Virus record (IMG/VR): IMGVR_UViG_3300045988_114508
Location: 67,938-131,937 of that record
From: a virus
DNA length: 64,000 nucleotides
Reading direction: 5' to 3' (one strand)
How positions within the stretch are numbered: position 1 is the stretch's first letter; every line of letters begins with the position of its first letter. The notes under the pieces were generated by a model that did no database searches, was not told the origin of the DNA, and worked only from the letters and a program-made list of their open reading frames with translations. This document shows positions 46,591 through 56,446 of this stretch, piece by piece. A program made the position numbers and the translations under genes.

Positions 46591-47388
46591 TTAAATAGAT
46601 GCAAATATGCGAATTTTGTTTAGATATCCTTCTGTCATCTCTATAAAATTCACACAATCTAATTTGCTTAACTTGTAAATCAACACTGGATTGTGTACTA
46701 TGGCTATAATTTGTGTTTGTGGTTTATGGAATGACAATACATTATAAATTTGCATTATGTTGTCAATGTCAAGATTTCTGTCTGGCTCATCCATGAGAAC
46801 CGTGTATTCAAAACTGCTTTTTGTTAATGTTATGCGGTTTCTTTTATAATACTTCAACAGGTTATCAATTCTTTTAATCCAAAACGCATTTGATTTTTTC
46901 TTGTATTCTACAAGATCTTGTATTGGAAACGTATAATCCTTTTGACCGAACATTAAATTGAAAAGTGATTCCAATGATAACACCACTTTCTCTCCATAAG
47001 ATCTTCTAATATTATTCACATACAAATCTAAATTGCTGATATTTTTCAATACGCTATCTCGATTCATCTCCGTAGATGGCAATAAACGGAATACTTTCCC
47101 TGCATAATCGGATAATATGTCAATCCCATCAAAAACCTTGTCATCATCATCAAATATAGATGGAAAATCCAGTGCCTCGATCGGCATTTCAGAGCACATA
47201 GACTTCTCGCATAACGCATACATTGATATGATATTAAGTAAGGTCGATTTTCCACTACCGTTTTCACCTATAATCACATTCACTCCTGGCTTGAAAATAA
47301 ATTCTCTGCCATTTTCAAACGCTTCTATGTCAGAAGCATATTCAAATGGAGTTTTTGTATTGTCTTTTATTTTTACCGATGTTATCAT
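46591..47388 (-). CDS. small ABC-type (AAA_21/SMC-like) ATPase
   Basis: Walker A IIGENGSGKSTLLNI; signature-like RSYGEKVVLSL (LSGGEK-type); Walker B VLMDEPDRNLD; H-loop IAIVHN. Confidence 0.65.
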   Translation of the reverse strand: MITSVKIKDNTKTPFEYASDIEAFENGREFIFKPGVNVIIGENGSGKSTLLNIISMYALCEKSMCSEMPIEALDFPSIFDDDDKVFDGIDILSDYAGKVFRLLPSTEMNRDSVLKNISNLDLYVNNIRRSYGEKVVLSLESLFNLMFGQKDYTFPIQDLVEYKKKSNAFWIKRIDNLLKYYKRNRITLTKSSFEYTVLMDEPDRNLDIDNIMQIYNVLSFHKPQTQIIAIVHNPVLIYKLSKLDCVNFIEMTEGYLNKIRIFASI

Positions 47389-47503
47389 ATGTAATCCTTT
47401 TTAAAAATCAATTACCGTCCGAACCATGTCTCCGATGTGCTTGTTGCCGGTGCCCGTGAGGCCACTGGAGAAGACCACGTACCACGCGACGGCCTGGCTG
47501 CTC

Positions 47504-48004
47504 TCAGTGCTGGACCAATACCACGTCGAGGGATTCTAATATGGTGTCTACAAACTCCGTTATTTTATCAACGGATTCTTTTGATAAGGTATATCTTCTC
47601 CAATCCCATCTAAAATGCGCTTTTGGGAGATTTTTAGTAGAATATTTTTCATTTCCGTCCTTGTTAGTCCATTCGTAATTATCCTCTGGATCCGCCACTT
47701 TTATCCCCGATTTAGGTCCGTTACGAAAGCTATATAGCATTCTTATAACCGATTCAAAATCCGAACCTATATCAAATAGCATATGATACACCTTGTTTAT
47801 TAAAGCCCTATCAGCTTGTTCCAAGTCTTCACCAAACAACTCTCTTACACTCCAATTTTTCATTTCTGAATAACGAATGAAATTAAGTTTCCCTTTTTCT
47901 ATATTAGGATTTTTTCTTGATAATACAAGCTCCAAATCTTTCACAAATGATTCTTTTAGCTTCTGTTGTCCTAACAAGGCGGTGTATTTGCTTACTATAT
48001 CCAT
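47504..48004 (-). CDS. hypothetical protein (166 aa)
   Basis: ORF. Confidence 0.5.
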   Translation of the reverse strand: MDIVSKYTALLGQQKLKESFVKDLELVLSRKNPNIEKGKLNFIRYSEMKNWSVRELFGEDLEQADRALINKVYHMLFDIGSDFESVIRMLYSFRNGPKSGIKVADPEDNYEWTNKDGNEKYSTKNLPKAHFRWDWRRYTLSKESVDKITEFVDTILESLDVVLVQH

Positions 48005-48228
48005 TATCCAAAGTTTTTTAATATTGCTTCAAACGAATCATATTTAATTCCTAATGTATCATGCGCCTTTTGGGATCCACATTCACATTCTCCTACCTTA
48101 TGTTCTGATCCACAATCGCATAAGTCGATCCCCAAATGGTTGACGCAGTGGTCGCAGCAGCAGGACTGGTGAAGCCATGTGGCATCACCAGCATCCAAAT
48201 CCAATTTTTCAAATGTTTCCCAAAACAT
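48004..48228 (-). CDS. Cys/His-rich metal-binding small protein (74 aa)
   Basis: CCCDHCVNHLGIDLCDCGSEHKVGECECGSQKAH. Confidence 0.4.
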   Translation of the reverse strand: MFWETFEKLDLDAGDATWLHQSCCCDHCVNHLGIDLCDCGSEHKVGECECGSQKAHDTLGIKYDSFEAILKNFG

Positions 48229-48298
48229 GCTATTCGAAGCTCCATTATCAAATCTGATAGTGACTGCACCGCATTTACATTTTGTATGTATTCTATTT

Positions 48299-48547
48299 TC
48301 ATATATGTTCCATTTTCAAAATTTCTGGGGACAGATATTCTTGTAACTCCAATTTGCGTATTGGAACAAGACAATCCAGATGTTTAGCATCCATTTCTTG
48401 CTTATCTTCATCTACCCACGTTAAAGTACCTTCACTGCTACATTCCGGGCATTTGTCAGCTCCACATGGAAGAAGCATTTGTGCTCCACATAAGACACAT
48501 CTTACCCAGTCTCCGTGCTGCACCCCTTCGTATGTTCTTGTTTTCAT
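48299..48547 (-). CDS. Zn-ribbon small protein (82 aa)
   Basis: CVLCG...CGADKCPEC. Confidence 0.4.
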   Translation of the reverse strand: MKTRTYEGVQHGDWVRCVLCGAQMLLPCGADKCPECSSEGTLTWVDEDKQEMDAKHLDCLVPIRKLELQEYLSPEILKMEHI

Positions 48548-48549
48548 AT

Positions 48550-48744
48550 TTATTGTTTATCATTTATAACATTTACTTCTTTACTCCACAAACGTCTCTT
48601 ATATATCGGAGTGATGCCGATCAGAATACCACTATCTTCGCCCCAATACTGAAGTATTTTGGACTCAATTTTATGATGCAATTCCTGTATTCCTCCTTTG
48701 TTTCTGTCATAAGGAGAAAAATCAGATAACTTTACCGTTTTCAT
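48550..48744 (-). CDS. hypothetical protein (64 aa)
   Basis: ORF. Confidence 0.35.
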   Translation of the reverse strand: MKTVKLSDFSPYDRNKGGIQELHHKIESKILQYWGEDSGILIGITPIYKRRLWSKEVNVINDKQ

Positions 48745-49475
48745 TTTTCTGGATTTTCAGCAGTTTCTAAAAGGCATTCATTGCCCTCAAAAGGAATGCA
48801 ACAGTCCCATAATGTTCCATTGGAACATTCATACTTATAAGACAATCCATCAGAATCGTCCACAATTTCCCTTGCAAACAAGCTGATATGCCATTCTTTA
48901 TCGTCCTCGTCTCTTACCAGCACTTTGTCAAACGGCTTAAAATCATATTTCGGCTTTTCTTCAATCCCGAAGAAGCGTTTCAGATATTCTTTTGCTTTAG
49001 GATTTTCGCTTTTCTTTAACGCTTTAATCATCTTCTGTTTTTCCGAATCTGTTGCAAGTCTATAACATTCTATGTGGTTTTCGTGTGCAGCCAAATTATC
49101 CGATATATTAAGACTTGTTCCCGCTGCAAGACTCGCATACAAAGATGTTAAATATTTCCCATGTGTATTTAAAATAAAAATATAACTTCCATCTTCGTTG
49201 CTTAACACATCTCCATCTTTAAACGTAGTATATTCTGGAACTTCAAGAAGGAGTCGATTTGCGCTGCTAAGTGCTTTTCCTGTAGCAGAAAACCAGTCTG
49301 CCGATACAGAAATCGAATGAATTACAACCAATAACGGACAATTTGACGAATTGTCTTCATATACGATTTCTGCTCTATTTTGTCCTTTCTCTGTCACAAT
49401 ACGACCTGCTATTTCCCCTATGTTTATTTTTTTCGCCGTATTTAAATCAAACGGAACAATAATTGAATTTTTCAT
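48741..49475 (-). CDS. hypothetical protein (244 aa)
   Basis: ORF. Confidence 0.5.
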   Translation of the reverse strand: MKNSIIVPFDLNTAKKINIGEIAGRIVTEKGQNRAEIVYEDNSSNCPLLVVIHSISVSADWFSATGKALSSANRLLLEVPEYTTFKDGDVLSNEDGSYIFILNTHGKYLTSLYASLAAGTSLNISDNLAAHENHIECYRLATDSEKQKMIKALKKSENPKAKEYLKRFFGIEEKPKYDFKPFDKVLVRDEDDKEWHISLFAREIVDDSDGLSYKYECSNGTLWDCCIPFEGNECLLETAENPEK

Positions 49476-49517
49476 ATTTTTCTTATTTTTTAGTTGTTAT
49501 GAAATAAGATGGGTTAC

Positions 49518-50579
49518 TTAAACCCATCCCAGTTGTTTTGCTATTCTCTCCATTTCGTCATATGCTATCCTATGACATCCAGCGGTTAGCAAATCGTTTT
49601 CGTACCGATTTAGACTCCACTGGTGACCGGTGACGTCCTCCACCAGACCGTGCCGAAACTCGGCGCCCCGGTGCATTGCCGACACAGCCCGCCACAGTTT
49701 TCTGGCTTCTGCTATTCCAATCTTTATCTGTTTACTTGTCTCAATAATATTTCCTTTTATACGGATCCAGGCGTTAGGTTTTTCACCAGGAATATAGAAA
49801 GGTGTATTCAAGAAATTGATTTCTCCTGACTTCCACTCTTCCAGTTTTTCATCAAAATCCTTGTAACGGGCTTCTTCTTCCTTTCTTAATCTCTCTAATT
49901 TTATTCTTTCTCTTTCTTCCTCACCCTTTCTCCATCTTTCAGATCTTTCTGAATACTTAATCCATGTACCTTCCCCGCAAACTTCATCAACAATCACATT
50001 TACGGTCCCTAACACTTTTAATCCTTGATGATCCAATAAAATTTGAAAGATGCGTTTTAATTCATGTACGTGCTTACGCTTGATACTATCTTCGCTCTTG
50101 GATAATTCATGATTGGTTCCAAGCCAATCATTAGCACTCTTTTTAAGGATACTCTTAGCAGTTCCCATGTTAAAGAACTGAATGTAATCCATCATATTCC
50201 CAAAAGCGCCCCAAATATCTGTATAAGATAATTCTGTTTTAGCTCTTTTGTATTTTTCAATAGACTTCTTAATTGATTCCAGTTTGCTGGCAACGAACCT
50301 CATATTACCAGTATCCGATATATTATCCCCTACACTGAAAACCATTGCCCAAGTTGGTATCGCATTACGAACATAGCATTGATGTTTGCTCGTGGTAGCA
50401 GAATAATAATCTTCATTTATCAGGTATGCTTTCTTCCCTTGTTTGTTTTTTACTATTCTTCCGACTTCAAAGTGATGCCCATAAGAATAAATACTTGTAC
50501 CTTCAAAGAAGAAATTGCTCCCTAATGCTGATTCTTCTTGTTCATGAGCCCACAAGTGAGCGACCATTGAATTGTTCAT
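49518..50579 (-). CDS. hypothetical protein (353 aa) with charged coiled-coil segment
   Basis: ORF; KGEEERERIKLERLRKEEEARYKDFDEKLEEW. Confidence 0.5.
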   Translation of the reverse strand: MNNSMVAHLWAHEQEESALGSNFFFEGTSIYSYGHHFEVGRIVKNKQGKKAYLINEDYYSATTSKHQCYVRNAIPTWAMVFSVGDNISDTGNMRFVASKLESIKKSIEKYKRAKTELSYTDIWGAFGNMMDYIQFFNMGTAKSILKKSANDWLGTNHELSKSEDSIKRKHVHELKRIFQILLDHQGLKVLGTVNVIVDEVCGEGTWIKYSERSERWRKGEEERERIKLERLRKEEEARYKDFDEKLEEWKSGEINFLNTPFYIPGEKPNAWIRIKGNIIETSKQIKIGIAEARKLWRAVSAMHRGAEFRHGLVEDVTGHQWSLNRYENDLLTAGCHRIAYDEMERIAKQLGWV

Positions 50580-50591
50580 ATAAATATCTTT

Positions 50592-50906
50592 TTAATTGTT
50601 TAACTTACCTTTATCATATGACATTCTCTTTTCGTATTTTTCAATACGTTCGGTTATCATATCGCAGAAGACTTGCCCCTCTTTTTCGGAACCTCTGAAG
50701 TAACTAATCATCTTCAGGATATTCCCGTTAAACTCATGGACAAACTTGTTATAATAATGTTCACCCATAACTTTCCCGTATTTTCCCATAAACAAATCCT
50801 TGTCTAACGACTCATCCTTGAAACAACGGTTGTAATCCCATCTTACAATACGAAACAATGTTTCAAAATCCAATCTTTCCATATCCTGTATTTTATTTAA
50901 GCTCAA
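50592..50906 (-). CDS. hypothetical protein (104 aa)
   Basis: ORF. Confidence 0.45.
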   Translation of the reverse strand: MSLNKIQDMERLDFETLFRIVRWDYNRCFKDESLDKDLFMGKYGKVMGEHYYNKFVHEFNGNILKMISYFRGSEKEGQVFCDMITERIEKYEKRMSYDKGKLNN

Positions 50907-51789
50907 ACTTAATACCTTCCGGCAACTGAGAGCGGTCTACCTTATTCACAAAATCATCAAACTCTTCCTGTGTGATTTTTTCTCCATAACCGTTCCAGTT
51001 GAAAGACAAAGTGTTCGTGTGAGAATAATATATAACATTATCGGTAGACAGCCCATAATCAAACACACAGAGCATTATCTTCTTTTCTGCTTCTGCTTGT
51101 CTGATTTTCTTATCGTATCGCTCACAAATTTCAGCACGCTTTTTCAACACCTTTGCCTTATGAGCCTCTTCCCTACGTTTTTCGATATTTTCTGCGGAAT
51201 AATACCCGGCTTTAATGCGCTCTTCAATAAGCAAACGTTCCTCGTCCGTTAATGTCAAAGTAAACCTTTCCTTTTCCGGCGTATACGGATTTACCCATTT
51301 CTTGCCACACAGATCTTCAAGTTCAACAAGAAGCTCGTCTGATTCACGTTTCCATCTATCCACAATTCCTAAATCGAAAAGCAGATACTTGAAATACATC
51401 TCATCGTCCACTGCTTCAGATAATTTGGAATATTCCTTGTCTGATATACGTAAATATTCAATAGCCACAGACTTATCGCTATTCTTTATGTGATACGTGC
51501 CATTTTCCACCGGATACATAGGAGCACCATAATGGTTACAAAGATGCAACGATATGAATTTTGCCAATTCCGGAAAATGTTTTGCGACTTCATTGTGACA
51601 GCAGCCTCCCATATACTCCTTGTATTGTCCACGTTGATTTTTCCATCTAATATCGGCTGTTACGCTCCAGTCACATATATTGTTATGACAATCATCATTT
51701 AAAGATACCGTGACTGTTATTCTGTATTCTTTTTTGTTTTCTGTAAAGAATTTTGTACTTAAATAAGTTAGTTTGTTTGTAGTTTCCAT
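50893..51789 (-). CDS. hypothetical protein (298 aa)
   Basis: ORF; GGCCHNEVAKH...HLCNH Cys/His cluster. Confidence 0.5.
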   Translation of the reverse strand: METTNKLTYLSTKFFTENKKEYRITVTVSLNDDCHNNICDWSVTADIRWKNQRGQYKEYMGGCCHNEVAKHFPELAKFISLHLCNHYGAPMYPVENGTYHIKNSDKSVAIEYLRISDKEYSKLSEAVDDEMYFKYLLFDLGIVDRWKRESDELLVELEDLCGKKWVNPYTPEKERFTLTLTDEERLLIEERIKAGYYSAENIEKRREEAHKAKVLKKRAEICERYDKKIRQAEAEKKIMLCVFDYGLSTDNVIYYSHTNTLSFNWNGYGEKITQEEFDDFVNKVDRSQLPEGIKFELK

Positions 51790-51800
51790 ATTGTTTCAAT

Positions 51801-52034
51801 TTAATCATTACACTTATGAAAAATAAAATCTGCACACTCTCCGGGAAGTGTTCCTGCGTCATTACAACGGTAAAACCCCTGCGTTCCCCAGTCTACATCT
51901 ACCGGATAACCTTCTGTTTTTTCCAAGAAGCGTTGGATTTCCTCACATTCTTCATCCGTTAATCCAGTGTAATCATCATTGATTAACGGGCAAGCCCAAT
52001 AAGAGGGCAGTCTGTATCTTATTACTTCTATCAT
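51801..52034 (-). CDS. hypothetical protein (77 aa)
   Basis: ORF. Confidence 0.4.
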   Translation of the reverse strand: MIEVIRYRLPSYWACPLINDDYTGLTDEECEEIQRFLEKTEGYPVDVDWGTQGFYRCNDAGTLPGECADFIFHKCND

Positions 52035-52423
52035 GGCTTTATCAGTTTACAATTTGCATCTTCAAATACTGGAATCATCCCTTGTTCTCTAAAATAGGCA
52101 GTGGCCACTTTAAAAGCATACAGCGGATTCACTTTCTTAATTTCTCGCTGTGATTTGTAAAAAGATAACGGCTGACATATATAGAAATTTTCATTGCCAA
52201 GACTCCCAAAAAGCCAATCCATACTACCTTCATCACAATTAGTGCCACCCAGTATTATTAAATCACATCCGGTCTTTCGGGTTCCAAGGATAAATATCTT
52301 ATTCTTGTTTTTCGGTTGCATAAATATCTCCCTGTCAATCCTAAACCAGTCACTCTGGCAACTCTCCACATCCCGGCGAACAATTTCGTCAATCTGGCTG
52401 GCATATTCCTCTTGTGTTTTCAT
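52031..52423 (-). CDS. hypothetical protein (130 aa), possible Rossmann-like fold
   Basis: IFILGTRKTGCDLIILGGTNCDEG pattern; weak. Confidence 0.45.
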   Translation of the reverse strand: MKTQEEYASQIDEIVRRDVESCQSDWFRIDREIFMQPKNKNKIFILGTRKTGCDLIILGGTNCDEGSMDWLFGSLGNENFYICQPLSFYKSQREIKKVNPLYAFKVATAYFREQGMIPVFEDANCKLIKP

Positions 52424-52459
52424 AAGACATGTTATTAAAATGATAATTAAATATGTTTC

Positions 52460-52747
52460 TTAAAAGAAACTCCAACAAGATGTTACGATAAATCTCCCCA
52501 TTCCGTATTCAGCAAGTTGCCTAAACGATTCTATCCCATTGCAATAACAAAAAACATCATCATTGTCATCATCGTTGATGTTCAATGATAGTTTTATTGT
52601 CGTTCTTTGTTCATCTCCTGTTTCTTTCCATACAATCTGACATTCTATGTATTCAGGCTCCTTCCCGCCCTTTCTATATACTACGAATCCTTTTTCTTTT
52701 AGGATCTTAACCACTTTATTTAATTTATTTTCTACGTTCATTTTCAT
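52460..52747 (-). CDS. hypothetical protein (95 aa)
   Basis: ORF. Confidence 0.4.
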   Translation of the reverse strand: MKMNVENKLNKVVKILKEKGFVVYRKGGKEPEYIECQIVWKETGDEQRTTIKLSLNINDDDNDDVFCYCNGIESFRQLAEYGMGRFIVTSCWSFF

Positions 52748-53198
52748 GCAAAAATTTAAAAACGACCTTCATTACATTTCCAAAGTTCTCCACCTTAACC
52801 CACTCGTGAGCTACTGCTCTAAGTACGGATGTTTCGTATGTCGGAATATCGTCTTCTTCAACCACCTTACAAGAAGCCAGAACTCCTTCAGTCGGCTTTA
52901 GTCCGAGGTCATGCAGCTCGCAGAGACCGCCCGGCTGGCGGAATGCGCACCACCCGTCTTTTTCTGTTGGCTGGATCATCGCTATTGGTTTTTCTTTCAC
53001 TGCAAGATACCCTACCATCCACATTGTTTCTTTTAACCTGTCAGCGTATCCGGCATCTATGATAGCCTCTATGTCTTTTGGCGTACCAATACAAGGAACT
53101 TTACACATGTTTTTACATTTATCACATGTACAAGGTTGCTCCCATCTGTTATGATCTATGCCTACCAACTTCTTTATCCGTTCTACTTCTTCTTTCAT
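52725..53198 (-). CDS. Cys-rich hypothetical protein (157 aa)
   Basis: CTCDKCKNMCKVPC cluster plus later Cys. Confidence 0.45.
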   Translation of the reverse strand: MKEEVERIKKLVGIDHNRWEQPCTCDKCKNMCKVPCIGTPKDIEAIIDAGYADRLKETMWMVGYLAVKEKPIAMIQPTEKDGWCAFRQPGGLCELHDLGLKPTEGVLASCKVVEEDDIPTYETSVLRAVAHEWVKVENFGNVMKVVFKFLHENERRK

Positions 53199-53199
53199 A

Positions 53200-53481
53200 T
53201 TATACTATCTCTGTTAGTTTTTCATAATACAACTTCATTTCCGGTGAAGCATATTCCATGAATGCTTCGAATAAGTAGGGTACCTCTATTATCATATTCA
53301 CATTACAACCTTCTGCCTGTGAAAGAGATTCAAGATCATTGCTGTATGAACACGTTACATGAGCTCCTACATTAAACACATGTAAATCTAATCTTACATA
53401 TTCCATACATAAATCTAACGCTTTAAACAAGTTTTCTACCTCAATCTCCTGAAATAGGTCTATAAACATCCTTAAATCCAT
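53200..53481 (-). CDS. hypothetical protein (93 aa)
   Basis: ORF. Confidence 0.4.
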   Translation of the reverse strand: MDLRMFIDLFQEIEVENLFKALDLCMEYVRLDLHVFNVGAHVTCSYSNDLESLSQAEGCNVNMIIEVPYLFEAFMEYASPEMKLYYEKLTEIV

Positions 53482-53864
53482 TATTTTACCACCCTTTCTA
53501 CATGTTTAATTAATACTACTGCTATTCCATTGCCGGTTTTTATCGCACATTCCGATCCCCTTATCCATTCTACACACCCTACATACTTTTCCGTAGCATG
53601 AAATCCGGGATTGTATTTTCCAGATGTACTGAACTCTACCGTATCCCCTACCTTCAAATCATCAAAAGCAATAGACCATGTGGTCCAAATTCTATCATGT
53701 CTCCCAGGCTGAATGGCTCCGATTACGCCTTTTTTACGACCGTTTTTTATCGCCCTTAGTATTATCTTCCTATCACCTTCGATAAGGCTGCAAAAGCGCC
53801 CGTAAAAGGTCAAATCAACCTGTTTTCCTCCTATTTCTTCTCTTATTTTTGTTATTCTGTTCAT
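53481..53864 (-). CDS. hypothetical protein (127 aa)
   Basis: ORF. Confidence 0.45.
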   Translation of the reverse strand: MNRITKIREEIGGKQVDLTFYGRFCSLIEGDRKIILRAIKNGRKKGVIGAIQPGRHDRIWTTWSIAFDDLKVGDTVEFSTSGKYNPGFHATEKYVGCVEWIRGSECAIKTGNGIAVVLIKHVERVVK

Positions 53865-54108
53865 TTTCTGATTTTGTTTTATTTTTTTCTTTGTTTTTTC
53901 TATCTTCTATAGAAGATGATAATAACATTATCTTTTCTATGTTACTTTTTGACTGTAAAAAAGAATCGCATTTCATTACTACTACCACCTTCTTAAGTTC
54001 CCCATTATCGTATAGCGATACACGCATCATGTTTTGCGCCTCGTCCACTATCAGACCTGGAGTAGTCTTAGCTATTTTACGTAGCTTGTTATACTCCGGT
54101 CTTTCCAT
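53815..54108 (-). CDS. hypothetical protein with basic C-terminal tail (97 aa)
   Basis: ORF; KNKEKNKTKSENEQNNKNKRRNRRK. Confidence 0.4.
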   Translation of the reverse strand: MERPEYNKLRKIAKTTPGLIVDEAQNMMRVSLYDNGELKKVVVVMKCDSFLQSKSNIEKIMLLSSSIEDRKNKEKNKTKSENEQNNKNKRRNRRKTG

Positions 54109-54373
54109 TTCCTCTGTTTATTACTCTATAGTATTTATCCTTATCCCCTTCTTTTAACTTCTCCAGATAGAAAATTCCATCATGTAAATGAGACAAACAA
54201 AATCTGTATCCGTATTTCTGTACTCTTCTTACATGATCCCGCAGTCTTATCTCTTCACTTTTGTCTTGTACTTTGATCTTAATACTGTCTCCTTCTTTGA
54301 TTGTGTATAAAATAGTTTGAATCTCTTCTTTTTTCATCTTATAAAATATTTTAACGGCAGCACCTATACTCAC
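54089..54373 (-). CDS. hypothetical protein (94 aa)
   Basis: ORF. Confidence 0.4.
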   Translation of the reverse strand: MSIGAAVKIFYKMKKEEIQTILYTIKEGDSIKIKVQDKSEEIRLRDHVRRVQKYGYRFCLSHLHDGIFYLEKLKEGDKDKYYRVINRGNGKTGV

Positions 54374-54400
54374 GCACCACTACTGCCTTATGTTTAACAA

Positions 54401-55210
54401 TTAAATACTTAACTCTTCAATGGTCAAGCCTTTTTCTTTTGCCCATTTTAACATTGCGCATAATTCTGTTTCTGACTTATATTTCGGATCACGCCACGCC
54501 CATCCGAATTTATCCAGGACATGATGATATAATTCGTCGGCCTTTGCCGTGTAAATGTCTTTGAATAAATGCTCCGAACCTTCTGGTATAAGCATCTCTG
54601 TTGTTGCAAAATCGGAATACGATAAACATCCGTAAGCATATTCTGTTATTTCACTCCATGCTTCTCCGGCTTTAAATCCAAATTCTTTTACAAAAGCCAA
54701 AGTTAGATACATATTTAATAATATTGTTACATCATATTCCGAATCCGACTTTCTTTCTATTATTTCCTTTTCAAATTCCTTTAAATCTTCAGGCCCTAAA
54801 AAGATGTATCCTGATACCGACCGGTAATTAGCCTCCGCATACTTCTTGCATTTATCATCATTGGCAATCTTACCAATGTTAGATAACATCTTTTGCCTCC
54901 ATTCATCACAAAACTCTACCCTTACATCCATCCAATCAGTACCATAATTGCGATCTTTTGGATGTCCGACCGATATTACCTTTATGTTATTCACACCATA
55001 TTCATAAAGGCGTTCGCCCACCTTATTCGCCCATTCCTGTACAAAAGGAATAAACTTATTGCAATAAGAATCAAAATCAAAATCTAATTCCTCCTCATAT
55101 TCCGGCATCTCTTCATAATCTTGTTCAAAGAAATAGCGAGGATCTGCTATTGTTTCATAGAAACTTACGTTAATGAAACAAAACTCGTTGGTTGTCGTTT
55201 TTAATATCAT
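54401..55210 (-). CDS. hypothetical protein (269 aa)
   Basis: ORF. Confidence 0.5.
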   Translation of the reverse strand: MILKTTTNEFCFINVSFYETIADPRYFFEQDYEEMPEYEEELDFDFDSYCNKFIPFVQEWANKVGERLYEYGVNNIKVISVGHPKDRNYGTDWMDVRVEFCDEWRQKMLSNIGKIANDDKCKKYAEANYRSVSGYIFLGPEDLKEFEKEIIERKSDSEYDVTILLNMYLTLAFVKEFGFKAGEAWSEITEYAYGCLSYSDFATTEMLIPEGSEHLFKDIYTAKADELYHHVLDKFGWAWRDPKYKSETELCAMLKWAKEKGLTIEELSI

Positions 55211-55461
55211 AGCTTTTTGTATTTACGTACATTTTTCTTGCCATAGAATCTACACATGGCACGAATCTGACTATAAAATACTTTTGTCCTCCTGGCCTCA
55301 AAGTATTTAAACATTTCTTCATTCTTTGTTTCCCACACGTAATCCGTTTGAGAACTCATGTGATTTTTGTCCTTGCGTGAATAATGGTAATATGATACCA
55401 CAACACGTTTCGCACCATTCTTTACAGGTACGATATTCACGTCTATGTTATTATCTGTCAT
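55207..55461 (-). CDS. hypothetical protein (84 aa)
   Basis: ORF. Confidence 0.4.
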   Translation of the reverse strand: MTDNNIDVNIVPVKNGAKRVVVSYYHYSRKDKNHMSSQTDYVWETKNEEMFKYFEARRTKVFYSQIRAMCRFYGKKNVRKYKKL

Positions 55462-55580
55462 ATTATTATCGTTTTATATATTATACAAATACAAAGAGCG
55501 CATACCTTCACAGGCCGGCGCTCTTTTCAATAAAAATGAAAAAACTAACATTACATAAACATATTGTTTTCTGCTCTTTA

Positions 55581-55814
55581 TTACAATACTTTTGTCCCAC
55601 AATTGTTATATCGTCCGTACTCTTTTTTCGTATCATTCAAGATTTCAAACACCATCTTCTTATGATCTTTGTTTGGTAACTTGTCTTTAACAGCCGATAT
55701 CACGCTCGCTATAGACGTAAAGCCTGAATCTGTTATTGAACACAACAACAAACCTCTGTCGTCGTCTGTGCTTATCGCTGACGCCTTTATAATATCATTT
55801 TTATATATTCTCAT
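55581..55814 (-). CDS. hypothetical protein (77 aa)
   Basis: ORF. Confidence 0.35.
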   Translation of the reverse strand: MRIYKNDIIKASAISTDDDRGLLLCSITDSGFTSIASVISAVKDKLPNKDHKKMVFEILNDTKKEYGRYNNCGTKVL

Positions 55815-55992
55815 AATCTTTCGTTTTATTATCTACAAACTTATCTATATCGTCTCTTATTCTCTTTAGCACTCCGGCTATAATTTCCGGCATCTCTCCT
55901 TCGGTACGGTTCAGAGTTTCTATCACCCCATCAATCCTACCAATTTGACGCCATAAGAAATTGGCGTCTTTCGCATTAAATTTCCCCATCAT
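55801..55992 (-). CDS. hypothetical protein (63 aa)
   Basis: ORF. Confidence 0.35.
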   Translation of the reverse strand: MMGKFNAKDANFLWRQIGRIDGVIETLNRTEGEMPEIIAGVLKRIRDDIDKFVDNKTKDYENI

Positions 55993-56224
55993 GTCTTATT
56001 TTACAGTAAACAACTTGCTTTTTTAAGCACCAGTCTTGCGATTCTGAGAGTGAACACCGTTCGGAGTTGTTAAAAAATATACAATCTTTGCAGAACATAA
56101 GAGGATCTTCGTCGTCACCAACTACTTTGACATCATACTCTATACCATACAATTTTAATCTAAATACATCTCCTGTTTTTTTAGAAGACAAATCCATGTT
56201 CGGACCGAATGTTATTACTTCCAT
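55976..56224 (-). CDS. hypothetical protein (~83 aa from internal ATG; track ORF runs into the tRNA-like element)
   Basis: MEVITFGPNMDL... start avoids overlap with the tRNA-like element. Confidence 0.4.
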   Translation of the reverse strand: MEVITFGPNMDLSSKKTGDVFRLKLYGIEYDVKVVGDDEDPLMFCKDCIFFNNSERCSLSESQDWCLKKQVVYCKIRHDGEI

Positions 56225-56245
56225 ATAATTATGTTTTAATGTTGT

Positions 56246-56312
56246 GTGAGATCGCCGGAATCGAACCAGCCTACCGCACCATGAATCCCATAAAGCAAAT
56301 GCTCCGATCTTC
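56246..56312 (-). other. tRNA-like element: canonical T-arm + acceptor-like 3' part (GCTGG-TTCGATT-CCGGC); no foldable D/anticodon arms
   Basis: minus strand reads ...GGCTGGTTCGATTCCGGCGATCTCAC; 5-bp T-stem, 7-nt TTCGATT loop, 5/7 acceptor pairing (GAAGATC/GATCTCA); ~67 nt, too short for a canonical tRNA. Confidence 0.35.
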
Positions 56313-56446
56313 GCAGATGGGAGCATTCTGTCTAAAGCATAAGAAAATTAATGAAGAAATTTTTCTCACTTACGCCATAGCATCTAAAATAGCTATCAGC
56401 ACTATTTCTATGACAAACATAATAGAAAATATCTTAAATGCCTTTT

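Noticed and set aside
52725-53198. Radical-SAM enzyme (Cys cluster CTCDKCKNMCKVPC)
   Set aside because: Cys spacing is not CxxxCxxC, and the 157-aa protein is too short for a radical-SAM core. It is kept as a Cys-rich hypothetical protein.
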